A DNA stretch of 64,000 nt from Octopus vulgaris (taxonomy: Eukaryota). Each line of letters starts with the position of its first letter. Positions within the stretch are counted from its first letter, which is position 1. Of the stretch, positions 25,813 through 39,699 are shown piece by piece. Location of the stretch: assembly GCA_951406725.2 (NCBI GenBank), contig OX597814.1:203174001-203238000 (forward strand). Reading direction: 5' to 3'. Below the pieces are notes generated by a model. It was given only the letters and a program-made list of their open reading frames with translations, made no database searches and was not told the DNA's origin. The translations under genes were made by a program, and so were the position numbers.

Positions 25813-27921
25813 TGTTAGATGTACAACTAGTATTGTATAAGTTAGAGCTCCTCATAGATTATCATTATTCAATCAGCTTCCAATAATAGTGCGCTTTGCA
25901 TTGTTTTAGCTCAAATGATGCCATCCACTGGTTAGACAACCAGGACAACGTCTCCCCCCCTGATCAGAAGGATATTCTCTGACAGGGTCACACATTTACA
26001 GATGGGTGGACTGGTGTAATGTGAAATTAAGTATTTTGCTCAACACAACATGCCACCCAGGTTGGAAATTAAACCCATGATCTTGTAATTGTGAGTGTAT
26101 TACACAAGCCACTAAGCCATGTGATGAGCTTCTTTCAGTTTCCGTCAACCAAATCCACTCATAAAGCTTTGGCTCGCCCCAGGGCTATATCAGAAGACAA
26201 GGAGCTCAAGGTGGCATACAGTGAAACTGAGCCTGAAACACATGGTTGCAAAACAAACTCCGCAACACAGCCATGACTGTGCCTCTGTACACACACACAC
26301 AGATAGATACATTCGTTGCCAGAGCAGCCAACTGGCTTCCGTACACGTGGCACGTAAAAGGGCACCATCCAGGCATGATCGTTACCAACGTCGCTTCACT
26401 GGCACCTGTGTCAGTGGCATGTGTAAAAAGATTCGAGCAAGGTCATTGCCAGTACCACCGACTGGCCCCCATGCAGGTGGCACATAAAAAGCACCCACTA
26501 CACTCTCAGAGTTGTTGGCATTAGGAAGGGCATCCAGCTGTAGAAACTCTGCCATATCAAGATTGGAGCCTGGTGCAGCCATCTGGTTGCCAGCCCTCAG
26601 TCAAAACCGTCCAACCCATGCTAGCATGGAAAACGGACGTTAAACGATGATGATGATGATGATGATTCACAGACACACATATCTACAAACATACATATAT
26701 GCACACTTCAGAGGATTTGGTTGTAGTGTATAAGAGTCTTCTTTCACTTTGCAATACGATGCGTATGAAGAACGATGGCTGATTTGGAGGTGTGCCAAAT
26801 GATTCGAGCGAGAAGATTCACTGAAATAGAAAGACTGAAGAATGTTTGTGTAGACGGCAGTGACTGGATCTGATCTCATGACGCTTGACTTCACACAATG
26901 ATAAATTACCATGCTGCAACATGCTTTGCAGGAACAGACCAGTCCAATCCATATATGATCATGGAAATGATGGTGGTCATAGTAGTGGCGATTGTGGTGC
27001 TGCTGCTGCTGCTACTGCTGCTGCTGCTGCTGCTACTGCTGCTACTGGTGTCATGCATACACATGCATGCACATATACGTACATATTAAATTCTCCGTAT
27101 TGATTTTCCCAGTGGATTTTGAATGGTCATTTAAATTTGGACATTCAGAAGAATTATTGGTGCATATATTTATTTTACGGCCATAAACTTTTCTTGCTGA
27201 CCACTGACGCAAAGAGAAACTTTTCTGTTAAATAATCTCTTGACTAATATTCTTTGTCCAAGAATATATATATATATAATATCTGCAAACACAATGCCAG
27301 ACTCTTTCACAATCAGTGTGTATTTAGACAACTGAAATAATAACTGGAAAAGATTTCCCAGTGAGGCCTTCTGCACAGAGAACAAATAGTTAAGTGCAGT
27401 CCAATGTATTTCATATAGTGAGCGAAAAAAAATATGTTTAATTTATCACAGTGAAGGCACATGGCTTAGTGGTTAGGGTTCTTAGCTCAGAATTGTTAGG
27501 TCATGAGTTCAATTCCTAGCAGCATTATTGTGTTCTTGAACAAGACTTTCTATTTCACATTGCTTCAGTTTGCTCAGATGGCAAAAATGAGTAGTGCCTG
27601 TATTTCAAGGGGCCAGCCTGTTTATTATTATTATTATTAAGGTGGCAAGCTGGCAGAAACATCAGTATACTTAGCGGTATTTTGCCCATTGCTGTGTTCT
27701 GAGTTCAAATTCTGCTAAGGTCAGCTTTGCCTTTCATCCTTTCAGGGCCAATGAAATAAGTACCAGTTGAGAACTAGTGTTGGTGTAATCGACTTAACCT
27801 GCTTCCTCCTAAACTTGCTGGCCTTGTGCCAAAATTTGAAACGATTTTCTTTATTTATACAAGTTTAAGTAATCTTTGATTAATTCATTATTTTCTTGTT
27901 ATTTTCTTCTCTCTTCATCAG

Positions 27922-28032
27922 GGTATCATAACCACAACTTCTGAATTAGATCGAGAAGTACTGACCAGTTCTTACCAACAATTTGCTGTTGAAGCAGTAG
28001 ATTCAACTGGTCAAACAGTTGCCACAACTGCT
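27922..28032 (+). CDS. Cadherin exon 6 (GIITTTSELDRE...VATTA)
   Basis: catcAG / GTAAGT; 111 nt; LDRE. Confidence 0.92.
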
Positions 28033-28320
28033 GTAAGTAATTTTTCTAATGTATTCCATCCCTTCAGGTGGCTTTTTTTCCATTTTTTTTTACTTCACAG
28101 CATTTTTCTTGTATTATTTCTATTTATCTTTTATATGTATCAGTCATTGGACTATGGCCATGCTGGAGCACTGACTTCACTGGTTTAGTCAAGCAAATCG
28201 ACCTTTGTGCCTATTTTAAATCTTGTACTTATTTTATTGGCCTATTTTGCCAAACTGCTAAGTTAATAGGGGTATAAACAAACCAGCATTGGTTGTTAAG
28301 GTGGGAGATTAGCACACACG

Positions 28321-28369
<49 letters not shown>

Positions 28370-28585
28370 CTACAGATACCACAAAGATTCCATCTACCAA
28401 ATTCATTCACAAGCCTGAAGCTATAGTAGAAGCCCAAGGTGCCAAGCAGTGGGAATGAACCTGAAACCACATGGTTGCCAAGCGAGCTCCTTAACCACAC
28501 ATCCATACCTCATAATAGTTTTATAAGCTCAGGCAGACCAAAGCCTTGGGAGTGGATTTGGTAGACAGAAACTGAAAGAAGCCTG

Positions 28586-28662
<77 letters not shown>

Positions 28663-28678
28663 CATACATACATACATA

Positions 28679-29096
28679 GGCGCAGGAGTGGCTGGGTAAT
28701 AAGTAGCTTGCTTACCAACCACAAGGTTCCAGGTTCAGTCTCACTGCATGGCACCTTGGGCAAGTGTCTTCTACTATAGCCTTAGGCTGACCAAAGCCTT
28801 GTGAGTGGATTTGGTAGGCGGAAACTGAAAGAAGCCTGTCGTGTATATATATCTAGAGATATATATAGATATATCTAGATATATATATGTGTGTGTTTGT
28901 GTATCTGTGTTTGTCGCCCCAACATCACTTGACAACCGATGTTGGTGTGTTTACATCCCTGTATCTTAGCGGTTTGGCAAAAGAGACTGATAGAATAAGT
29001 ACTAGGCTTACAAAGAATATGTTCTGGGGTTGATTTGCTCGACTAAAGGTGATGCTCCAGCATGGCTGCAGTCAAATGACTAAAACAAATAAAAGA

Positions 29097-29097
<1 letters not shown>
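28679..29097 (+). mobile_element. tRNA-headed SINE family B, with CORE-like segment and internal (TA)/(TG) tract
   Basis: A-box-like TGGCTG...T, B-box-like GGTTCAGTC, CACCTTGGGCAAGT; many copies, e.g. ~14791-15180(+), ~16233-16592(+), ~32073-32472(-), ~51110-51530(-), ~61305-61685(+). Confidence 0.8.
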
Positions 29098-29128
<31 letters not shown>

Positions 29129-29212
29129 TTAGAGACAAAACCACTATTTTGCAAAACAAACAAGGAAAGACTTAATCAATACATAAAATTTTAATAAAAA
29201 GTAAAAAAACCG

Positions 29213-29255
29213 CCACTACAATTGTTTCATGTCTTGATCGACAATCTTCAGGTGG
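29213..29255 (-). ncRNA. Minimal type I hammerhead ribozyme
   Basis: Minus strand: CCAC-CUGAAGA-U UGUC gaucaa GACA U-GAAA-C AAUU GUA-GUGG; palindromic stem III ACAAUUGU; lies in a ~165-bp insert (29121-29284) between two (TA)n tracts. Confidence 0.8.
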
Positions 29256-29279
29256 ATTTCCGATTTTCAAGTCAGTTTC

Positions 29280-29317
<38 letters not shown>

Positions 29318-29810
29318 CAGGTAAAATTCCTGAGATCTATGGACGAGTTCTCTCCAGCATCTTTGTCCCTCATCATTGCTGCCATGTCTTGTGTCTCCCA
29401 GAGACCTGTGTCTGTCCTTAGGGCATCAATATGTCATACTTAGTCTCCTCTGTGTTATTTTCAAGCTAACTGTTGTATGTATGTATATCTGTGTCTGTGT
29501 TTGTCCCCCACCACCATCATCACCCAACTGGTGTTGGTGTGTTTACATCCCTGTAATTTAATGGTTCAGCGAAAAAGGACCACCAGAATAAGTACCAGGC
29601 TTTAAAAAAAAAAAAAAGGCCTGGAGCCAATTCACTTGACTAAAACTCTTCAAGACGCTGCTCCAACATGGCCGCAGTCAAATGACTGAAACAAGTGAAA
29701 GAATAAAAGAAAAATACAAATTAAAAATACTGTGAACAAATAACACTGTTTTGGGTCATAAAATTTTTACATAAGCAGCTGTAAACTTTGGCCTCTGGAT
29801 GAAGTAAACA

Positions 29811-29849
29811 CTCCTGATGAGCTGGCAAATGCCAGTGAAACTAGCTGAG
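29811..29849 (+). ncRNA. Hammerhead-like motif with mutated cleavage triplet
   Basis: CUC-CUGAUGA-GCUGGC aaau GCCAGU-GAAA-CUAGCU-GAG; clean stem II but GCU replaces GUH; more decayed copy at ~30085-30130. Confidence 0.55.
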
Positions 29850-30353
29850 CTTGTCCTTCAGTCTCTTCTGCAGAGAAGAACCGTTTCTTTAATTCACCAG
29901 AAAGTTTATTTTCACAGTCTGGCTAAAAATATGTTTGTTAATTATATGCACAAAAATATAATTACAATTTATAGATATAAATATATTTTTTAATATTTTA
30001 GTTAAATAGAGTATACTGCCTAAAAATGTATTGATATGCAAATAAGCAGAACCTATGGCACTTGTTTGTAATATTTTATGTAAGACACTTTTGATAAGTT
30101 AATTATGGCCAGTAAAACTAGTGAAGCTTATTCTTCTATTTCTCCTGCAGTGAGAGTGTGTGAAAGAGAGAGAGTAAAGGCTCTCTCTTTCTCATTTTCT
30201 CACTGCAGGAGAGAGAGAATATGCACATTATATAAATATAGAATATAATGCCCACACACATACACACACACTTCATACACACAGACACATATACCTACAT
30301 GAGAAAAAAATTGATATGTATGACCATCATTTCTTTGTGACTTTATTATTTAA

Positions 30354-30574
30354 CTCTTTCGTTACCAACTTGGTTGAAACTGGCTCTGGCTCTGTAGGAG
30401 AAATGTCCTGTTTTCATAAGTTTTCAATAAAAATCTTCCTCTAAACCTTAGTCACAATTTATGTTCCTAACACTAGCTTAATGATAACTAAGTTATTTTA
30501 CTAAATTCTTTGTTACATTTAAAGTAATTGAAAGAAACACAGAGCATCTTGACAGAAATACAGTAATGAAAGGG
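30354..30574. mobile_element. piggyBac-like MITE
   Basis: TTAA|CTCTTTCGTTAC...GTAATGAAAGGG|TTAA; related inverted copies at ~18985-19675 and ~19683-19895. Confidence 0.7.
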
Positions 30575-31511
30575 TTAAGTTTTACGATTCTTCACTTCCA
30601 CTTTTGCATTCAGTCCTCTTCCTGCTCCTCAGAGAAAGATTTTTTCAACTTATTCTTTATTGCTTCTTTCATTTTCATTCACTCTTCATCTGTCTATTTC
30701 TCATTTTCTTTTGTTCCCTTTCTCAGTTGTCTTTATTCCTTTTATTCCATCAAGTACCTGTTGATCAACTGATTTTCATTTTCGAAGCAGGAATTTTCAT
30801 GTGTGACAATCTTTTCATTTTCACTCTTCTCTTTCTTCTCTACATAGCTTCCCTGATACTGCCAAAGTTCTAAATATCAGTTTAACTATTCTACTCTTCC
30901 CTTGCTTCTCATTAAAGCAATTACCATTTAATCATGGTATCTGTTTGCTCTACAATGCAAGGTTATAGTGCCACATAAAAAGCACTATTGCTGGTACCAC
31001 GTAAAAAGCACTGGTGATGGTGTCACATAAAAAGCACCCAGTACACTCTGTAAAATGGTTGACATTAGGAAGGGCATCCAGCTGTAGAAACTATACCAAA
31101 ACAGACTATGGGCCCTGGTGTGGCTCTTGGCCTTACCAGCTCCTGTCAAGCTGTCCAACTCATGCCAGCATGGAAAACAGGCATTAAATGATAATGATAA
31201 ATGATGGTGATATATATATATATGTGAAGGCACAATGGCCCAGTGGTTAGGGCAGCGGACTCGCGTTTTCAATTCCCAGACCGGGCGTTGTGAGTGTTTA
31301 TTGAGTGAAAACACCTAAAGCTCCACGCGGATCCGGCAGGGAGTGGTGGCAATCCCTGCTGTACTCTTTTGCCACAACTTTCACTCACTCTTTCGTCTGT
31401 TGGCCTGCTCACTTAGCCAGTGGGGTGGCGTCATTTGAAGGCTAAAACAATGCGAAGCGCATTGTGACCAGTAATGTGTAGCAACATCTGATAGCCTGGT
31501 CGATCACTGTG

Positions 31512-32042
31512 CTCGGGTCCGTTGCCAGCCTCGGCTGGCCCCCGTGCCGGTGACACGTAAAAGCACCGTCCGCTCGTGGCCGTTTGCCAGCTCTGTCTGG
31601 CAACCGTGTCGGTGGCACGTAAAAGCACCATCCGTTCACATCCGTTGCCAGCCTCGGCTGGCCCCCGTGCCGGTGACACGTAAAAGCACCGTCCGTTCGT
31701 GGCCGTTTGCCAGCTCTGTCTGGCCCCGTGTCGGTGGCACATAAAAGCACCATCCGTTCATGTCCGTTGCCAGCATCGCCTGGCCCCGTGCCGGTGACAC
31801 GTAAAAGCACCATCCGTTCGTGGCCGTTCGCCAGCTCTGTCTGGCACCTGTGCAGGTGGCACGTAAAAAACACCCACTACACTCGCGGAGTGGTTGGCGT
31901 TAGGAAGGGCATCCAGCCGTAGAAACACTGCCAGATCTGACTGGGCCTGACGAAGCCTTCCAGCTTCACAGACCCCAGTTGACCCGTCCAACCCATGCTA
32001 GCATGGAAAGCGGACGCTAAACGATGATGATGATGATGATGA

Positions 32043-32045
<3 letters not shown>
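31512..32045 (+). mobile_element. SINE-like family A with internal ~60-bp tandem repeats and (GAT)n tail
   Basis: GTGCCGGTGGCACGTAAAAGCACC repeats, GGTTGGCGTTAGGAAGGGCATCCAG core, AAACGATGATGAT end; other copies at ~4908-5298, 7468-7890(-), 13534-13975, 20516-20860, 24757-25210(-), 26310-26665, 39246-39572, 51646-51930(-), 58395-58635, 63060-63337. Confidence 0.8.
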
Positions 32046-32073
<28 letters not shown>

Positions 32074-32880
32074 CTCTTTTACTCTACTCTTTTACTTGTT
32101 TCAGTCATTTGACTGCGGCCATGCTGGAGCACCGCCTTTAGTCGAGCAAATCGACCCCGGGACTTATTCTTTGTAAGCCCAGTACTTATTCTATCGGTCT
32201 CTTTTGCCGAAGCGCTAAGTGACGGGGACGTAAACACACCAGCATCGGTTGTCAAGCAATGCTAGGGGACAAACACAGACACACAAACACATATATATAT
32301 ATATATATATACATATATACGATGGGCTTCTTTCAGTTTCCGTCTACCAAATCCACTCACAAGGCATTGGTCGGCCCTGGGCTATAGCAGAAGACACTTG
32401 CCCAAGATGCCACGCAGTGGGACTGAACCCGCAACCATGTGGTTGGTTAGCAAGCTACTTACCACACAGCCATATATATATGGGTTCTCCTGTTAATTTC
32501 AATACAAGCATCCTAGTTGTTTTATCAAATAGATGACCTACTCATTGGATTAATATACAAAGGGTTTGAGTTTTCCATAGACATGCATATCCTTAAAGTA
32601 ATTCTACAGTAGACACAGCATGGCACCAGTGTGATGAAGTTGGGCTTTGGAATTACATGTATAGGCCATCCAACAGACTTTCACTCAGCCCCCATCCAAA
32701 TTCAGTCACAAAGCTGGAGTCAAGCCAAGTTTATGGGCAAAGGCACCTGACCATGATGCCACCCAGTGAGATTGAACCTTAGACATCATGATTATGAAGC
32801 TGACTTCTTAACCCCCTATCTGCTTGCACATCTGTATGTATGTAGATATATTTTTATATAATTGTATTCTATCACTGCAG

Positions 32881-33058
32881 ATTGTTGTGAACATCACTGA
32901 TGCCAATGATAATGCGCCCAGATGCACTTTCCCGCTGTATAAATTTACGCATGTAGAAGATTCCTTTTTGGGTTCCATTGTTGGAAGAATTCATGCCACA
33001 GATGAAGACAGTGGGAAAAATGCCAGATTGAAATTCAGCATCATCGGAGGCAATGTTG
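32881..33058 (+). CDS. Cadherin exon 7 (IVVNITDANDNAP...DEDSGKN...GGNV)
   Basis: ctgcAG / GTAAGT; 178 nt, phase 0/1. Confidence 0.93.
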
Positions 33059-36000
33059 GTAAGTTGTATTAATTTGTCTCTGTTATGACTCTTCCAGTAT
33101 TCTTTGTCTGTGTGATTCCATTCCCATTTGTCTTCTGAGATTGTCTGCTCTGTGCTAGGGAAATTGTGCCCAACCATTTCTTCAGATGATGATGATTATG
33201 ATCCACAAAATTCAAGAGAAAACTTCATAACCCACTGTTTCAAATTTTGGCACGAGGCCAGTAGTTTTGAGTGGAGGGAGTTCATCAATTATATTGACCC
33301 CAGTACATAACTGGTGCTTTTATTTTACCAACATTAACGGGTGAAAGGCAGAATTAACCTCAGCAAGATTTGAGCTGTTGTTAATGTGTTTCTTGATAAA
33401 ATTATATGATTGAGTTGTCAAAAAAAAAAGACAAACTGAATCCAAATCAGAAGTGGTCAGCCATCTCAGAGCCACCCATGGTAGAAAAGCATTACATCCA
33501 TGTGTGTTTTAAGTTGATTTGATAATGACATCAAGACAAGTACTGTGCATGCATTTGTATCCTTCTTTGCAGTTTTTCTTTATTTGACTTACATGTCTGC
33601 TCTCTGCCCTTTCTTTTAACCTTTTCTAACAAGTTGTAGCACACCTGAGCTCCATATGCAATAAGCTCAGCATCATCATCACCACCGCCACCACCATCAT
33701 CATCATCATTGTGGTGAGCTGGCGGAATTGTGAGAGAATCAAGAAAAATTACTTTGCACCATTCCTTCTAGCTCATTATGCTCTGTGTTCAAATCCTGCC
33801 AAGTTCAAGTTTACCTTTCATCCTTTTGAGGTCAATACAATAAGTATTGATCAAATACTGGAGTCAATGTAATCGGCTAAAACCCTCCCCTAAAATTGCT
33901 GGCCTTGTGTCAAGATTTGAAGCCATTGTTATTAATATAGTTTTTCTTCTAATCTGTATGTTTGATGTAATCACTTGCCATGACATACCTAGTACCCCAA
34001 AGTAAGTGACAGTTAAAAGATGTTGAAATATAAATGAAAACTTGGGGAGAGCAATACAGAATTATATTTATATAATACAAAACAAACATTTCAGCTGATG
34101 GGGTTTTTTCTAAGGCTGTGGCTGGTACTTGTCAGCAAAAACGGTTGGACTTCTGAGATATGGTTCTCCTGGGATGTTTCTGACTTCTTTATTTTTATCC
34201 ATACCTAGGGCATCTACAATAACTATTATTATTATCATCTACACAATTTTGTATACCTTTGTGTCAAAATATTAACATCTCTTGTTTTCTCTCTTCCTCT
34301 CTCTCTCTCTATATATATATATATATCTATCTCTCTATCTATCTATCTATCTATCTCTCTCTCTCTCTCTCTCTCTGAATACCACCAGGTTCGATGGAAT
34401 TTGTTGAAGCAGATTTTCTATGGCCAGGTACCCTTCCTCTCACCGTCCTTCATCAGTTTCCAAGCAAAGTAATATTCCCCACTATGACCAGGCATGGTTT
34501 TCACAGGAAATTGGAATCAAACTACATCACTAGTTTGCTGATGCTCATTTATAACCATCACATGATGTCATAACAAAGGCACACACTCACACACACACAC
34601 AAACACTCACACACGCATAAACACTCACACGCACACAGACATTTTGCTGATGCTCATTTATAAACATCACATGATGTCATAACAAAGGCACACAAACACA
34701 CACAAACACTTGCACACATACACAAACACATACACACACACATACAAACACTCACACAGGCAATGGAATCACACAGACATTCACAAACACTCACACAACA
34801 GTCTTCTTCCAGTCTCTGTCTGCCAAATCCTCTCCTGAGGCACTTGCCCAAAGTGTCACACCATAGGATTGAACCCCAAACCTTATGTTTAGGAAGCGAG
34901 CTTCTTAACCACACAACCACATAAATCTTTTATCTTCCTTTTGTCGAAACTAAACTCATATTAATTAATGGCACTCGTTTGATATTAATCACAGAGAATT
35001 TCTAGCCACGATCTTCTGACAAATAACTCTGTTGAATATGAATTCTGTTTTGTACTTGTTGTTGTTTTACCATATCACCCCCACCCCACCCCTCCCAGGC
35101 ATGTCATTTTCCATCAGTAATTAATCAGTTATTAACATTTGTATGTTATTCTTCTAATGAGATAATCAAGATGATTCTCAGATCTTATCATAAATTTTAT
35201 CACGCATTCATTTGTCCAATATCTTCCAATCTTATACCTGCTGGTTATATATCGTTAGAGGACTCACATTTAGTGGTGGTGGTCATCATCATTATAGCAT
35301 CCATTTTTCCATGATTGCATGGGTCAGATGGAACATTCTACAGCCAGATGCCCTTCCTGTCACCAGCCCTTACCTGTTTCCCAGCAAGGTTATAATTACC
35401 TTTTGGCCAGACATGTTTAACATGAAAAACTGGAAATGAACAGCAATGATCATGGACTTTATGACCATGATATCAAGGGCACACACATACACTCTCTCTC
35501 TCTCTCTCTCTCTCCATCCACACGCATATACATAACAGGCTTCTTTCAATTTCTTATTTCTTTATTGCCCACAAGGGGCTAAACATAGAGGGTACAAACA
35601 AAGACAGACAAAGGGATTAAGTCGATTAGATCGACCCCAGTGCACAACTGGTACTTAATTTATCGACCCTGAAAGGATGAAAGGCAAAGTCGACCTCGGC
35701 GGAATTTGAACTCAGAACGTAGCTGCAGACAAAATACCTATTTCTTTACTACCCACAAGGGGCTAAACACAGAGGGGACAAACAAGGACAGACACACGGA
35801 TTAAGTCGATTATATCGACCCCAGTGCGTAACTGGTACTTATTTAATCGACCCCAAAAGGATGAAAGGCAAAGTCGACCTCGGCTGAATTTGAACTCAGA
35901 ACGTAACTGCAGACGAAATGCGGCTATGCATTTCGCCCAGCATGCTAACATTTCTGCCAGCTCGCCACCTTCTTTCAATTTCTGTCAACTAAAAACTTTT

Positions 36001-36207
36001 GTCCCAGGTACCGCTCAGTGAGACTGAACCTGAAACTATGTAATCAGGAAGCAAACTTCTTAACCACACAACTGTACACGTGCTCATGGTGATATCTCTA
36101 TAAGTAAGAGAGAACTTATATCTATCGATGGTGTTCTTATACAATGTTAGAGAACTTATCCTACAGTTATATATACACTTATACTTCAGTTTGATTAACA
36201 TTGGCCA

Positions 36208-36247
<40 letters not shown>

Positions 36248-36853
36248 ATATCCTCCAGTAGAAGTCGGTTCGAAATATCTGTTTTTGATATTGATTGAAC
36301 ACTGTTCAATATTCTCCATAGACTGGAATTATTTTGACAATATTGAGTTGGAAGTATTAAAACTTTGTTTCTACAGATTGTTTTGTCAATATTTATTTAT
36401 CTGTTCCATAAAGAAGAAGAAGAAGAAGATGGTCAATAAGAGAAAACACAAGACATGATATTTCATTGTGGCTAGTTCAGTTTTTATTGTAACTAGTACA
36501 GTACCTTATTGTTCTGTAACAAAGATATATTTCTGGCTGGTTGACAGACGAACAAAAGTTTGTGTGATGCTCCAAACACAAAATACTTATATATTATTAA
36601 GGAAAAATGTTGTTATTGTGACAAATGACAGAAAAATTACATTTAAGCCAAGCGAGTCAGTCGGTGTGTAGCCATGAGAGATGTGTATCAGCAATGACAG
36701 GAGCTGTTAGAGGCATAGATTCTTGCAGTTATACCCCTCATCTCTGCACCCCTGATAAATAGGTTAACAGTCAGTTGATTATTGTTGTTATTAATCCTCA
36801 GGTAGGATCTGATTAAGCAAACCAATTTTCAGAAGTATCCCAGCCATTCCAGT

Positions 36854-36925
<72 letters not shown>

Positions 36926-37303
36926 AATGATGTATCTAGAATTACATTCTCTAAAATGTCTTTAAGACAGCAAGATTGTTTTGAGGAAGGTTTGGCTACT
37001 ATATTTTCAACAGCTTGAGTGACATCATAGAAGCTCCCCAACCCATCCCAGCTGGTTGTTTTAGATTGCACTCAGGCTGTTCCTGTATGCCATACAGCTT
37101 CACATTGTGGTTGCTTCTTCATTCCTTGAAGACACGTACTCTGGTGTATCCATTTGGCTTTAGTCCTGGCATATCCATACCAATTTCTCTCACACTAACA
37201 TTTCCAGCATCTTTGAGAAAATTCTCGCAATGTACATATAAAAACTGATCAAAACTTCAATACATATCTAACATGATTTTTTCTCTTTTCTCTTCTAAAT
37301 CAG

Positions 37304-37395
37304 GAAACACGTTTAAGATTACAAACAATGGTGACCTTACGTTGAATGAAATTCTTGACCGAGAAACAGTGAATATCTACAACTTGACCATTTTG
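37304..37395 (+). CDS. Cadherin exon 8 (NTFKITNNGDL...LDRE...LTIL)
   Basis: aatcAG / GTAAGA; 92 nt, phase 1/0. Confidence 0.92.
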
Positions 37396-38066
37396 GTAAG
37401 ATTTTTTTTTTTGTTTTTTTTTTGTTACTTAAATTTTCACATGGGAACAGACACAATAAAACCAACAGATTTATATTGAATTAAGGTTCATGATTAACTG
37501 ACCAATGGAAAGAAGGGGTCAGCAATTTGTTTTCATAATGGTTCACTTTCAATGTTTTACTCTTTCCCATAACCCGTGTAATATTTATATCATATCTTAG
37601 CAGTAACTCTGTCTTGAACCCTACAAGTAATCGAGCTGGTGTCCCAGTTTCCATGGCGTATGACTGAGATCACAAAAGTGTTCCTCCACCACCACCAAAT
37701 CTGAACAGGATGCTAGTTCATTGCTGGGTTACTCACCTGCAGCTAAGTGGACAGGAGCAACATAAAATGAAGTGTTTTGCTCCAGTACACTATGCCTTAT
37801 CCAGTTCGGGAATCAAAACATCTTCACATCATATCTTACATAAAAAAATATCTTTGCATATCTACCATCTTCTATTTCCAAGAGAACCTCTCAGATTTAT
37901 CTGTGAACTGTGGCCCACCTGTTATCAACCTCTTGATAACAGGTGGGCTGCAGATCATGGGAGTTATAGAAATAATTGAGGGCTGGATTACTCCCCCTTA
38001 TTTTCATTAGTTATGTCCCTTTAAGTGTTTCTGTTTTTTTGTTTATATATATATATATATATAATA

Positions 38067-38947
38067 CTAGCAGAGATACCCGACGTTGCTCGGAATAAAA
38101 ATCGTATAGTTTGTATATACAAAATTTTGTGCTGCATCTGAGAAAGTAACAGTTAGTTCATGTTATATATGTGTTTACGTATGTGTATATATATGTGTAA
38201 ATGCGTATACATGCATATATGTGTGTAGACGTGTCTGTATGTGTGTATATGTGTTGAGCACATGATCTCAGATTAAGACACTTGCTATACAAATACATCT
38301 CTGTAAATAGAAAAATTATCTCTATGAAATGTCATTGTTTTAATCAAAATGAAAATAAAATTTCGTATTGACATTGACCAGCCCTCACATACATATAGTG
38401 TGTTTAATAACATAACTTACAGAGAAAGACACAGACAGGTGGTGAGCTGGCAGAAATGATAGCATGCCGGGCAAAATGCTTAGCGGTATTTCGTCTGCCA
38501 CTACATTCTGAGTTCAAATTCCGCCAAGGTCAACTTTGTCTTTCATCTTTTTGAGGTCGATTAAATAAGTACCAGTTACGCACTGGGGTCGATATAATTG
38601 ACTTAATCCATTTGTCTGTCATTGTTTGTCCTCTCTGTGTATAGACCCTTGTGGGCAGTAAAGAAATAATACATTCACAGACAGATACACAGTCATACAC
38701 AAAATATGATGTCGTCATCGTCAGAATTAAAAATAGAAATATAAAAGTGAAATGATATATCACATTACAATATAGATGTTATTTTTTCACTTTTATTCTT
38801 TGAGTTTTGACACATAATATGGAACCAGTGCCAATATTGCATTGTTTTAATTCAAAAACCTTACATGTTGACACTCACAGGGTCTGATAGTATTACCATG
38901 TAAAATTTGATTTGATTTGGTTGAAACGTTTGTGATATAAATATAGA
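38067..38947 (-). mobile_element. Helitron-like element with nested SINE (5' boundary uncertain)
   Basis: Minus-strand 3' end CCGAGCAACGTCGGGTATCTCTGCTAG|T (hairpin + CTAG); candidate TCTATAT start near 38947. Confidence 0.55.
38438..38668 (+). mobile_element. tRNA-headed SINE family C (Nin/Deu-like core, inferred)
   Basis: GAGCTGGCAGAA...GAGTTCAAATTCC...GTCAACTTTGTCTTTCATC...AATAAGTACCAG; copies at ~35553-35970(-), ~44545-44930(-), ~59813-60015(+), ~27640-27845(+). Confidence 0.7.
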
Positions 38948-39699
38948 TTATATTATAATGATGTAACTAACAAGTTCAGCAAATAAAATAACATTAGTAA
39001 AATCAATATCATCTTTACTAGTTTGAATGCAATTAGCAAAGAGGGAAGCTTGGTAAAGTAACCTTTCATCACCAACAAGGGTAATGAGATCACAAAATTT
39101 TGGCATCACAAAACGAAACAACATGAAATATGATAAACTATGTCCACTGTCTTTGTCATTGTATATAATTGTCATGAAAGTTTATACAGCATGTATAAAC
39201 TTCAATCAGTACACTTCAATCATTGGGTAATAAACTGTGCTTGAGAAGACCTGTTGAGTCAAGTGAAATCATTGTCGTGGGCAATGCTAGTACTGCCTGA
39301 CTGGCACCTGTGCCAGTGGCACATAAAAATTGTCATTTGAGCATGGTCGATGCCAGTACCACCTGACTGGCTCCCATGCTGGTGGCATGTAAAATCCACC
39401 CACTACACTCTCTGAGTGGTTGGTATTAGGAAGGGCATCCAGCTGTAGTAACCTTGCCAGATCAGATTGGAGCCTGGTACAGCCTTCTGAGGCTTGCCAG
39501 TCCTCAGTCAAACCGTCCAACCCATGCCAGCATGGAAAACAGACATTAAACAATGATGATGATGATGATGATGGTATTTTCAAAATAATAATAATGAATT
39601 TGTTGTATACAGTGCTCCTTTGCACTGCAAATCATTTGAAAAGGTTAAAAGAGGGGACAGAGAGCAGACATATAAGTCAAGTAAAGAAAGACAGCAATG

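Noticed and set aside
31512-31870. Palindromic repeat-spacer appearance suggesting a CRISPR array
   Set aside because: The spacers are homologous to each other, the array is inside a dispersed eukaryotic repeat, and there are no cas genes.
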